Both the position numbers and the translations under genes were made by a program. From contig CM035361.1 of the NCBI GenBank assembly GCA_020137815.1, positions 4,340,001-4,404,000 of the forward strand: a stretch of DNA of 64,000 bases, read 5' to 3'. The notes under the pieces are model-generated. The model made no database searches, was not told the origin of the DNA, and was given only the letters and a program-made list of their open reading frames with translations. The stretch is from Hormiphora californensis (Eukaryota > Animalia > Ctenophora). Shown piece after piece: positions 18,742 through 29,800 of the stretch. Position 1 is the stretch's first letter. The number at the start of each line of letters is the position of its first letter.

Positions 18742-21700
18742 TTAATATCCGAGAAGCGGAGTTTCCTCGTTCGACAGTTTAGCACTCTCCTTCATTCTTA
18801 CAACCCTCCAACAGTACACAATTGAAAATGTTGACTGAAAAGAAAGAATATTACCCACCAACAACCAAGATAAAGTAAAGAAAAGCTAAGAGTGGGGGAT
18901 TATATTATCCGCTAAAAGTTGATATTAAATTCAGACTAGTGCAGTATACCTCCAGAAGGAAAATAATTCCCAATATGCCAGTTGAGAGCTCAAATGGTGC
19001 GTAAAGTGACACAATGCCAGCCGAGAAGGATCCAATTACCGCTCCGAGTGGGAAGCAGGAACAGTAGAGCGAGACGATTGTATTGCTAGCAGAGATAGAC
19101 ATGTGGCCTCCGTTACGGACCTGCAAAGAGAATTACAGTACGGTGCTTGTTATAGTGCAGAGATACGGTAATGGCGTGGACTTAGCGTAACGCGCGAGAT
19201 CCTTTGTCAAAAAGCTTTTAGGGTAAACCGGGGCAATTCGAACAACCGGGGCAATTCGAACATAGTACTGCCCGTCTCTCACCTAGTTAAGCTATCATCA
19301 TGACGTCATCCTATCTCCAGAAGAAAACTGCTCGTTCGAGCCTGCCCGTTACCACTAAATAGGCTCTAGATCCGGTTTAAGTTGGTCAATTTCCGATTTG
19401 AAAAAACCAGCTGAAAGCTAATAATATCAGCTTTCAGATGGTATAAAAATTATTTAAATATTCGCATGTTTTCATTCCAAATTCTGGTAAATTAAGATTA
19501 CCGGGGCAATTCGAACAACCGGGGCAATTCGAACATGGGCAATTTGGTTAACTCCCGGGCCAATGATGTGCAGTTCTTTGTACCACGTGATCACGCGTGA
19601 TACCGGGGCAATTCGAACAAGAACGACCAGCGTGTAGATTGCGTGTAGATTACATTGTTCGAATTGCCCCCACCTCTAACAACACCAGGCGGGAATCTTC
19701 TTCTGGTGTTGTGAGGACGTTCACGTGACTCCCACGTGACGAAATAAAGCACTCCTATTGGTGTTGTCCGAATTGCCCCGGTACCATTTTTTCCGACCAA
19801 AATTTTTAAATTTGTTCTTTAGTTAAGTAAATGATGGTCCCTAGAGTTGAAATTTATCTTATTTGAAAGATAAAATGATGAACTTTAATCATAGCACTGG
19901 CAAGTGCCCCGGGCCCAAAAGGGGGGTGTGGGGGCACAGCCCCCACCATAAACGGGGGTGTGGGGGCAGAGCCCCCACCTTAGAAATACCCTCTAACTCA
20001 AAAAACAAAAGAGAGAGCACACGCAACACTTCTACACACAAGCGCGTGAAAACCTGCCAGTGCTACTATATACCATTGCAGATTTCGAGGTTTTTGATGC
20101 TTTAAAAAAGCATGTTCCAGATGAAGTAGAGAGCTGAAATTTTGTACTCTGAGTGCCCTCATATAGGAGAAGAGGCATGCAAATTTTCAGAACGATCGGA
20201 TATAAGGTAAAAATTTGCCAGAGGGGTCCCAAAATGCAAAAATGTAAAGGAGGGGAGGGGGAGGGGGAGGACGCTTTTTTATCTTTGAGTGTTCTCCTAA
20301 ACCACAAATAGCAGAGACTTGCCGTTTGGAACAGTGGTTCCTTACATCATTGCGCTCGGTAATAGCTGTGTGAGAACTTCGAAATCGCCATAGTTCATTA
20401 ATTATTCATTAATTAGTCATTAAATATTCATTTTAACCATGGTTGCGATATGACACGACTCGAAGGTCATAAAGACTTGAAACCGGTCTTAGTCGACGCG
20501 GAACGGTCGATTTATGGGGGGTCTTACTCGGGACAAAAATCTCTATCTCGCACCGTTAAGCCGTTATTTGCATATTTATGCACCTATTCACGATTTTATG
20601 CATATTTTCAATATTTTCACTTCTGCTGGTCCTAGAACGTTTTCATGGACATATTTCGACGTAAAATAGTCGATTTATGGGGGGTCGTCCCCCGGACAAA
20701 AAGTCGTATCTCGCACCGTTTGGCCGTTATTTGCATATTTATGCACCGATTCATGATTTTATGCATATTCTAAATATTTCCAGTTCGGCTGGTCTTAGAA
20801 CGTTTTCATGGACATATTTCGACGCAAAATAATCGATTTATGGGGGGTCTTACTCGGGACAAAAATCTCTATCTCGCACCGTTAAGCCGTTATTTGCATA
20901 TTTATGCACCTATTCACGATTTTATGCATATTTTCAACATTTTCACTTCTGCTGGTCCTAGAACGTTTTCATGGACATATTTCGACGTAAAATAGTCGAT
21001 TTATGGGGGGTCGTCCCCCGGACAAAAAATCGTATCTCGCACCGTTTAGCCGTTATTTGCATATTTATGAATTATTCAAATTCGAAATACGCAGAAATCA
21101 GGAAAAAAATGGCTTTTTCTATTTTACACCAAAAAGAACAGAAATTAAGTCCAAAAACCAATTAAATAAATTAGTTTGGATGCCCGGGCCCATGTGGTGT
21201 CACGGGGCACGGTGCACCAGAAGGATTGTCAACCCAAAGTTGAGCCCACAAAACAAACTTTTGTTGGGGGTGACCCAGGAGGCCTTCCTGAACATCCCCA
21301 CGGTGAGAAAAGTATATGTTATCGGGGAAAATTTTTGTCAAAATCGAAAAAACTGGTTTTTGGTCCAAATTTGTGCATAACTTACTTGACTGCCGTTTGA
21401 TGAAATATCTGATTGACATAAAATAAGTATACAAGACCTATTTTTGCACGAGGAATCGATTGCCGGTGGAGAGAAACCTCTAAAATGACCGGAAAATTGT
21501 CAAATATGGGAATTTTGTCATTTTTTTGAGGTTTTTGGCCCTTTAACCATTGAAAACGTTGAGATAGGAAGTTGGCAATAGCGCCAATCGTTAAAATGGT
21601 CATTTTTCTACGGGATCCCAAAATTTCATGTATATCCGATTCATGGTTAGATTTTGGCAAACTATTGAGATGTGCTTACTGAAAAAAGGATAACTTGATT

Positions 21701-23002
21701 TTCTCGTTTTTTGCGATTTTTTAACTTTTGAAAGAATTCTGATTGAAATGGCCAATCAGGGCCATGCTAAAGTTGTTTATGGGACAATTTTCGACCAAAA
21801 TCCAAGATTTCATGCAAATCCAATGACAGATCATTGATTTATAGAAAGTTGAAATAGGCAAAAAAGGCCAATTTTTACCATGAAAACAAAAATACACATT
21901 TTTTTCTTGTCAATTTACATCAACAACTGGTACCCTACCTATTTTTGCACGTAGAATCGATTGCCGGTGGAGTGGATCCTCTTAAATGATTGGAAAGCGG
22001 TCGAAATGTCATTTTTTGGAAGTTTTTGGACCTCCAAAAAATGGCATTTTGACCGCTTTTCCAATCATTTAAGAGGATCCGCTCCATCGGCAATCAATTC
22101 TACGTGCAAAAATAGGTAGGGTACCAGTTGTTGATGTAAATTGACAAGAAAAAAATGTGTATTTTTGTTTTCATGGTAAAAATTGGCCTTTTTTGCCTAT
22201 TTCAACTTTCTATAAATCAATGATCTGTCATTGGATTTGCATGAAATCTTGGATTTTGGTCGAAAATTGTCCCATAAACAACTTTAGCATGGCCCTGATT
22301 GGCCATTTCAATCAGAATTCTTTCAAAAGTTAAAAAATCGCAAAAAACGAGAAAATCAAGTTATCCTTTTTTCAGTAAGCACATCTCAATAGTTTGCCAA
22401 AATCTAACCATGAATCGGATATACATGAAATTTTGGGATCCCGTAGAAAAATGACCATTTTAACGATTGGCGCTATTGCCAACTTCCTATCTCAACGTTT
22501 TCAATGGTTAAAGGGCCAAAAACCTCAAAAAAATGACAAAATTCCCATATTTGACAATTTTCCGGTCATTTTAGAGGTTTCTCTCCACCGGCAATCGATT
22601 CCTCGTGCAAAAATAGGTCTTGTATACTTATTTTATGTCAATCAGATATTTCATCAAACGGCAGTCAAGTAAGTTATGCACAAATTTGGACCAAAAACCA
22701 GTTTTTTCGATTTTGACAAAAATTTTCCCCGATAACATATACTTTTCTCACCGTGGGGATGTTCAGGAAGGCCTCCTGGGTCACCCCCAACAAAAGTTTG
22801 TTTTGTGGGCTCAACTTTGGGTTGACAATCCTTCTGGTGCACCGTGGGGGGTAACACCTTTAGGCTACTGTCATAAATGATGGATATCGGGAGAGATAAA
22901 GACAAAGGAAATTAGGATAGAAAGAGTGCGATATAATCAAGAAAGACGAAGAGATAAATAAGAGGAGAGAGAAAAAAAGAGAGGTATAGTGAAAGAAACA
23001 GT

Positions 23003-23088
<86 letters not shown>

Positions 23089-26000
23089 GAGAGAGAGAGA
23101 GAGAAATAGTGTGCGAGAGAGAGTGAGAGAGGGACTGAGAGAGATAGATAGAGATAGACAGATTGAAGGATAACAATTAACAATTAACGAGATATGCCGT
23201 TAATTATGGCAGTAGCCTAAAGGTGTTACCCCCGTGACACCACATGGGCCCGGGCATCCAAACTAATTTATTTAATTGGTTTTTGGACTTAATCCTATAT
23301 AATTTTTTTCATTGTATCTTTTTTTAAATGGGAGTGAGAACCGATTAAGTAAAAAGTTAACCATTTTGCCCCGGTTTACCCTAAAAAATGCATACCTTGT
23401 ACACTTCAATCATTATTAGAAGAATCGGAGTACATCCCATGGGCACAAAGAATCCAAGGAGAGCCAAAACCAGGAGGAGTTGCAGCTTGGATGTGGCGAT
23501 CTGAACAGGAATAAGATAATATTAGCTCACTGTGAATAAGTGAAAACAGTCGTGTCTGAACCTCAGATTCAGGCCACGGCTATTTTCCACTGAGACCTGA
23601 GATCTCAGGTTTCAGTGACGGCTTTTTCCTTAAATCTCAGTGAATTGCCGTCACTGAAACATGAGATCTCAGGTCTCAATGGAAAATAATTGTATTTGTA
23701 TATTGTATATTATACAATATGTGATAATATAATGTGTGTGATATATCTTACCCCAAAGAAAGGTAGGGGTCCGATGAACATGTAGAGGAAGGGAAGAATC
23801 ACAGCAGAGAAGACAACGAAGAAATATGGATTAAATCTATCAATTAGCCAACCTGTATAAAATAAAATATCAGCAGATTACGGCCGGGCCCCGAAAGAAA
23901 TACCCAAATAGATCGCCCGAAATATCTATTTGCGAAACGTACTGCGCATATGAATCTTTCGGGCGATCTATATTCGGGCTCACCTTTCGAGCCCCCCGTA
24001 ATCCCCCGTAATCCCCCGTGTGTGTGTGTGGCTCTAGGTTATATAGGTTATATAGGTTATATAGGCTGTATATTTTTCCTCGCTGATCTACCATGTGGTT
24101 ACTGATTATTAACACTGCATTTCTTACCGAGAGGGGGTGCGCTGATAATGATTGTACTAGTGTTTACTAGTAGTGCTATCCCTGTCCACACTATGTCTTC
24201 ACCAAGTGCTCTCTCTGGTAATATAGTAATTAGCTGTATATATTAGATTATTATATTATGAGAATCTAGATGCAGTAGCTGTCACCTATAGTTGCTGGTC
24301 ACCTATAGTTGCAGTAGGTCACCTATAGTAGGTCACCTATAGTAGGTCACCTATACTAGGTCACCTATAGTAGGTCACCTATACTAGGTCACCTATAGTA
24401 GGTCACCTATACTAGGTCACCTATAGTAGGTCACCTATAGTTGCAGTAGGTCACCTATATAGTAGGTCACCTATAGTTGCAGTAGGTCACCTATAGTAGG
24501 TCACCTATAGTTGCAGTAGGTCACCTATATAGTAGGTCACCTATAGTTGCAGTAGGTCACCTATACTAGGTCACCTATAGTAGGTCACCTATACTAGGTC
24601 ACCTATAGTAGGTCACCTATAGTTGCAGTAGGTCACCTATAGTTGCAGTAGGTCACCTATAGTTGCAGTAGGTCACCTATATAGTAGGTCACCTATAGTT
24701 GCAGTAGGTCACCTATATAGTAGGTCACCTATAGTTGCAGTAGGTCACCTATATAGTAGGTCACCTATAGTTGCAGTAGGTCACCTATATAGTAGGTCAC
24801 CTATAGTTGCAGTAGGTCACCTATATAGTAGGTCACCTATATAGTAGGTCACCTATACTAGGTCACCTATAGTTGCAGTAGCTGTCACCTACCCACGAAT
24901 GGTGCCATGGTTGGAAGATGGAAGTAGAGGAGAACTTGACAAGCAGCACAATGCCAAGCAGCCAGAATTATCCAGGGATCTCTGTACACCTACAAACACG
25001 TGTAATATGAGGGCGCGATCACACCGAGATCTTCGAAAGAATTCTTTCGAAGCACCAAACCCAATCACACCAAATTGTTTCGTTTGGTTCTTGCGCGCTG
25101 ATGGCTATTGTATGCTTTTCACTGTCGTCAGAGTCAAACAAGAATTATTATTGCATTATGTTTCATAATGCTGTGTTTCCCTGCCAACGAATACTCAAAC
25201 CGATCACATTCACTGATAAGCGATCTGCGATGAGATCTCTGAGCGCCGCCCACACTAGATGATACCGTGCAAGGTGATCTGATCGTCGCGACGCCAACGC
25301 CTAATTACAATGTTATGTGACACTAAGCTATGCATGGGAACTTCTCACGTTCCGTCAGTCACCATACTAACGAGCTGAGCTTTTAAAGTGCGTTTCAAAC
25401 GACTTGACCTGAGATTCCTGGAAATTCAGGATTTCTCCTTTGTAAATACACGCGCAATGCGCCAAATTCCAAGAATTACGGGTCAAGAAGGAACCATAAT
25501 AAAGTTCAAGAGCGCACCCCATCCAAGAGCGCACCACCTCCAGAAGACACCACTTCAAGAGCGCACCACATCAAAGAGAGCTCCCCATCCAGAAGATACC
25601 GCGCGCAGGGGACACCACGCGCAGAAGAGACCGCACGTGCAAATACAACGCCGCGCTGGTCTCTTCTGCGCGTGGTGTCCCCTGCGCGTGGTATCTTCTG
25701 GATGGGGAGCTCTCTTTGATGTGGTGCGCTCTTGAAGTGGTGTCTTCTGGAGGTGGTGCGCTCTTGGATGTGGTCTCTTTTGGGTGTGGTGCGCTCTCAG
25801 GTGTGGTCTCTCTTCGATCGGGTGCGCTCTTGGGTGCTCTTGGAGGCTCTTGAACTTTATTATGGTTCCTTAAAGTCCATTTTTTTTCAACTGTTCACCC
25901 AAAAACTGAAATTTAATAAAAATTAGAATTTGGGTGGCGCGCGCTATACGTTAACATGTGATAAACGCGCAAAACAATTCCGCGCACGACTTTGGGGGGT

Positions 26001-26844
26001 GAACAGTTGAAAAAAAATGGAGTATAGTCGCTTGAAACGGACTTTAATTTCTAGTGGAAGCTCTTACGGTATTCCCACGACCGTGGGAAAAGAGAGATAG
26101 ATAGAAATACTAAGAGAGAGAAATTTCTCTCTCTTAGTATTTCTATCTATCTCTCTTTTCCCACGGTCGTGGGAATACCGTAAGAGCTTCCACTATTCGA
26201 TCAGATTGATTAAGAAGTTAAATCCATTCGAGCGCTAGTAGCGGCGCCATGCTGTAACGCGCGAGGTGTGAGACCAACAACGCTGCATTGAGAGCGCCGC
26301 GCGCAGCAAATTTTGAGCGCGCGCCACCACAATCCGTAGTGAAATAACTTTGCGGACGAACTTTTCAAAATTGTCAGCATCGCGGTTGTCAGGCTGCTGC
26401 CGTGACACACGCGATTTTGACCACGCTCGAGTTACTATTTCAAATCCGAGATTTCTAAACCCTTTATGATCTTTTTAGCACACGTGCTAAAACGATCATC
26501 CGGGTGGATGCCCTTCGGGCATCCACCCGGGCAGGGAAAAAATGACGATAGACATACGTGCGCAAGAACCAAACGAAACAATTTGGTGTGATTGAGTTTG
26601 GTGCTTCGAAAGAATTCTTTCGAAGATCTCGGTGTGATCGCGCCCTGGTGATGATATCGTGTGTTTCAGGGTTACCTACAGATCAGGGGAAGCACAAGGA
26701 ACTAGACATATAATATATGGAGTCCATATATCACATATAATGGTATCGAAAGATGTACCTTTTTGGCATCATTTTCCTCCGGGGTGTTAATGTGAACGTC
26801 TCCAGCAGTTTCCACAAGCCCCCCCAGGGCCCATTCGTCCCTAT
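18742..26844 (-). CDS. MFS transporter, SLC18B1-like, C-terminal half (5' exons not found in the window)
   Basis: Exons ~26844-26759, 26701-26676, 24981-24893, 24214-24128, 23852-23752, 23500-23396, 19120-18950 and 18834-18742 splice in phase: ...HLPTMAPFV...GWLIDRFNP...MFIGPLPFFG...FPLGAVIGSFSAG...NEETPLLGY*. The C-terminus has an [DE]xxxLL dileucine motif. Confidence 0.8.
20505..21070. repeat. 163-bp tandem repeat with ABAB alternation (~3.5 units) inside a nested element
   Basis: GATTTATGGGGG anchors at 20509, 20672, 20835 and 20998; units 1/3 and 2/4 share variants. Confidence 0.9.
21149..23288. mobile_element. Foldback element with ~870-bp near-perfect arms, flanked by TTAA
   Basis: TTAA-GTCCAAAAACC ... 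GGTTTTTGGAC-TTAA with a 12-bp spacer at 22021-22032; the identical mirror ORFs 21382-21660(-) and 22394-22672(+) confirm the symmetry. Confidence 0.9.
22847..23233. mobile_element. MITE with ~29-bp TIRs and internal (GA)n, inserted in the right foldback arm
   Basis: GGGGTAACACCTTTAGGCTACTGTCATAA / TTATGGCAGTAGCCTAAAGGTGTTACCCC; absent from the left arm. Confidence 0.85.
23581..23688. repeat. Inverted repeat (small MITE-like)
   Basis: TATTTTCCACTGAGACCTGAGATCTCAGGTTTCAGTGACGGC versus GCCGTCACTGAAACATGAGATCTCAGGTCTCAATGGAAAATA. Confidence 0.7.
24270..24892. repeat. Intronic minisatellite (GTAGGTCACCTATA +/- GTTGCA/TA)
   Basis: Fills most of the MFS intron 24892-24215. Confidence 0.95.
25387..26043. 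mobile_element. TTAA-flanked TIR element (Kolobok-like) with an internal palindrome
   Basis: TTAA-AGTGCGTTTCAAACGACT ... AGTCGCTTGAAACGGACT-TTAA; internal inverted repeat centred near 25645. Confidence 0.7.
26052..26195. repeat. Perfect 144-bp spacerless palindrome
   Basis: TAGTGGAAGCTC...GAGAGAAA|TTTCTCTC...GAGCTTCCACTA, centre at 26123/26124. Confidence 0.92.
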
Positions 26845-29800
26845 CTGGGGGGTGTTTTATGCAAAAGGGGGCTTCAGGTAAGGGTCAGCAACACACCCAG
26901 GCCCATGCGTCCCTATCTGGGGGTGTTCTTTATGCAAAAGGGGCTTCAGGTAAGGGTCAGCACACCACCCAGGCCCATTCGGTCCCTATCTGGGGGGTGT
27001 CTTTATGCAAAAGGGGGCTTCAGGTAAGGGTCAGCACACACCCAGGCCCATCGGTTCCCTATCTGGGGGTGTTTCTTATGCAAAAGGGGGCTTCAGGTAA
27101 GGGTCAGCACACACCCAGGCCCTTTCGGTCCCTATTGGGGGGGTGTTCTTTATGCAAAAGGGGGGCTTCAGGTAAGGGTCAGCACACACCCAGGCCATTC
27201 GGTCCCTATCTGGGGGGTGTTCTTTATGCAAAAGGGGGCTTCAGGTAAGGGTCAGCACACCACCCAGGCCATTCGGTCCCTATCTGGGGGGTGTTCTTAT
27301 GCAAAAGGGGGCTTCAGTAAGGGTCAGCACACACCCAGGCCCATTCGGTCCCTATCTGGGGGGGGTTCTTTATGCAAAAGGGGGCTTCAGGTAAGGGTCA
27401 GCACACACCCAGGCCCATTCGGTCCCTATCTGGGGTGTTCTTTATGCAAAAGGGGCTTCAGGTAAGGGTCAGCACACACCCAGGCCCATTCGGTCCCTAT
27501 CTGGGGGGTGTTCTTTATGCAAAAGGGGGCTTCAGGTAAGGGTCAGCACACACCCAGGCCATTCGGTCCCTATCTGGGGGGTGTTCTTTATGCAAAAGGG
27601 GGCTTCAGGTAAGGGTCAGCACACACCCAGGCCCATTCGGTCCCTATCTGGGGGGTGTTCTTTATGCAAAAGGGGGCTTCAGGTAAGGGTCAGCACACAC
27701 CCAGGCCCATTCGGTCCCTATCTGGGGGGTGTTCTTTATGCAAAAGGGGGCTTCAGGTAAGGGTCAGCACACACCCAGGCCCATTCGGTCCCATCTGGGG
27801 GGTGTTCTTTATGCAAAGGGGGCTTTCAGGTAAGGGTCAGCACACACCCAGGCCCATTCGGTCCTATTGGGGGGTGTTCTTTATGCAAAAGGGGCTTCAG
27901 GTAAGGGTCAGCACACACCCAGGCCCATTCGGTCCCTATCTGGGGGTGTTTCTTTATGCAAAAGGGGGCTTCAGGTAGGGTCAGCACACACCCAGGCCCA
28001 TTCGGTCCCTATCTGGGGGGTTTCTTTATGCAAAAGGGGGCTTCAGGTAAGGGTAAGCACACACCGGCCCATTCGGTCCCTATCGGGGGGTGTTCTTTAT
28101 GCAAAAGGGGCTTCAGGTAAGGGTCAGCACACACCAGGCCCATTCGGTCCCTATCTGGGGGGTGTTCTTTATGCAAAAGGGGGCTTCAGGTAAGGGTCAG
28201 CACCACACCAGGCCCATTCGGTCCCTATCTGGGGGGTGTTCTTTATGCAAAAGGGGGCTCAGGTAAGGGTCAGCACACACCCAGGCCCATTCGGTCCCTA
28301 TCTGGGGGGTGTTCTTTATGCAAAAGGGGGCTTCAGGTAAGGGTCAGCACACACCCAGGCCCATTCGGTCCCTATCTGGGGGTGTTCTTTATGCAAAAGG
28401 GGCTTCAGGTAAGGGTCAGCACACACCCAGGCCCATTCCGTCCCTATCTGGGGGGTGTTCTTATGCAAAGGGGGCTTCAGGTAAGGGTCACACCACCCAG
28501 CCCCATTCGGGTCCCTATCTGGGGGTGTTCTTTATGCAAAAGGGGCTTCAGGTAAGGTCGCACACACCCAGGCCATTCGGTGGCCCATCTGGGGGGGTTC
28601 TTTATGCAAAAGGGGGCTTCAGGTAAGGTCAGCACACACCCAGGCCCATTCGGTTCCCTATCTGGGGGGTGTTCTTTATGCAAAAGGGGGCTTCAGGTAA
28701 GGGTCAGCACACACCAGGCCCATTCGGTCCCTATCTGGGGGTGTTTCTTTATGCAAAAGGGGGCTTCAGGTAAGGGTCAGCACACCCAGCCCATTCGGTC
28801 CCTATCTGGGGGGTGTTTTATGCAAAAGGGGGCTTCAGGTAAGGGTCAGCACAACCCAGGCCCATTCGGTCCCTATCTGGGGGGTGTGTTCTTTATGCAA
28901 AAGGGGGCTCAGGTAAGGGTCAGCACACACCCAGGCCCATTCGGTCCTATCTGGGGGGTGTTCTTTATGCAAAAGGGGGCTTCAGGTAAGGGTCAGCACA
29001 CCCAGGCCCATTCGGTCCCTATCTGGGGGGTGTTCTTTATGCAAAAGGGGGCTTCAGGTAAGGGCAGCACAACCCAGGCCCATTCGGTCCCTATCTGGGG
29101 GGTGTTCTTTATTGCAAAAGGGGGGGCTTCAGGTAAGGGTCAGCACACCCCAGGCCATTCGGTCCTATCGGGGGGTGTCTTTATGCAAAAGGGGGCTTCA
29201 GGTAAGGGTCAGCACACACCCAGGCCCATTCGGTCCCTATTGGGGGTGTTCTTTATGCAAAAGGGGGTTGCAGGTAGTGGTCAGCACACACCCAGGGACC
29301 ATTCGTCGTCCCTATTGGGGGGTGTTCTTTATGAAAAAGGGGAGCTTCAGGTAAGGGTCTAGCACACACCCAGCCCATGTCGGTCCCTATCTGGGGGGTG
29401 TTCTTTATGCAAAAGGGGGGCTTCAGGGTACGGGTCAGCACACACCAGGCCCTTCGGTCCCCTATATGGGGGGTGTTCTTTATGGCAAAAGGGGGCTTCA
29501 GGTAAGGGTCAGCACCACACCCAGGCCCATTCGCGTCCCTCTGGGGCTATGCACAGGCTAGGAGGTACACACACCAGGCCATTCGTTACTGGGCTAGCAA
29601 GGGGATTCAGGAATGGAGCAACCGGCCCATTCTACTGGGGTTTTGAAGAGGGTTAGGTAGGTCAGACACCAGGCCCATGCCCCACTGTTGTTTATGCAAG
29701 CAGGTAAAGTAGCAAACCGCAGTCCCCTATCGGGTTTTACAAAAGGGGTCAGGTAAGTTCGACCCAGCCTGGTCCCTATCGTGCTTGCAAGGGATCATAG

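Larger units (their letters stand above)
19221..23381. mobile_element. TA-flanked TIR DNA element (GGGTAAACCGGGGCAA ends) with nested insertions
   Basis: TA-GGGTAAACCGGGGCAA ... TTGCCCCGGTTTACCC-TA with subterminal CCGGGGCAATTCGAAC repeats. The copy starting at 63467 lacks the ~19891-23288 insert. Confidence 0.8.
25010..26646. mobile_element. TIR element (~86-bp TIR, Harbinger-like terminus) with nested elements
   Basis: AGGGCGCGATCACACCGAGATCTTCGAAAG... / ...CTTTCGAAGATCTCGGTGTGATCGCGCCCT; TSD imperfect (TGA/TGG). Confidence 0.75.

Noticed and set aside
21382-22672. Two identical 92-aa genes on opposite strands
   Set aside because: They are a by-product of the foldback symmetry and have no recognisable protein features.
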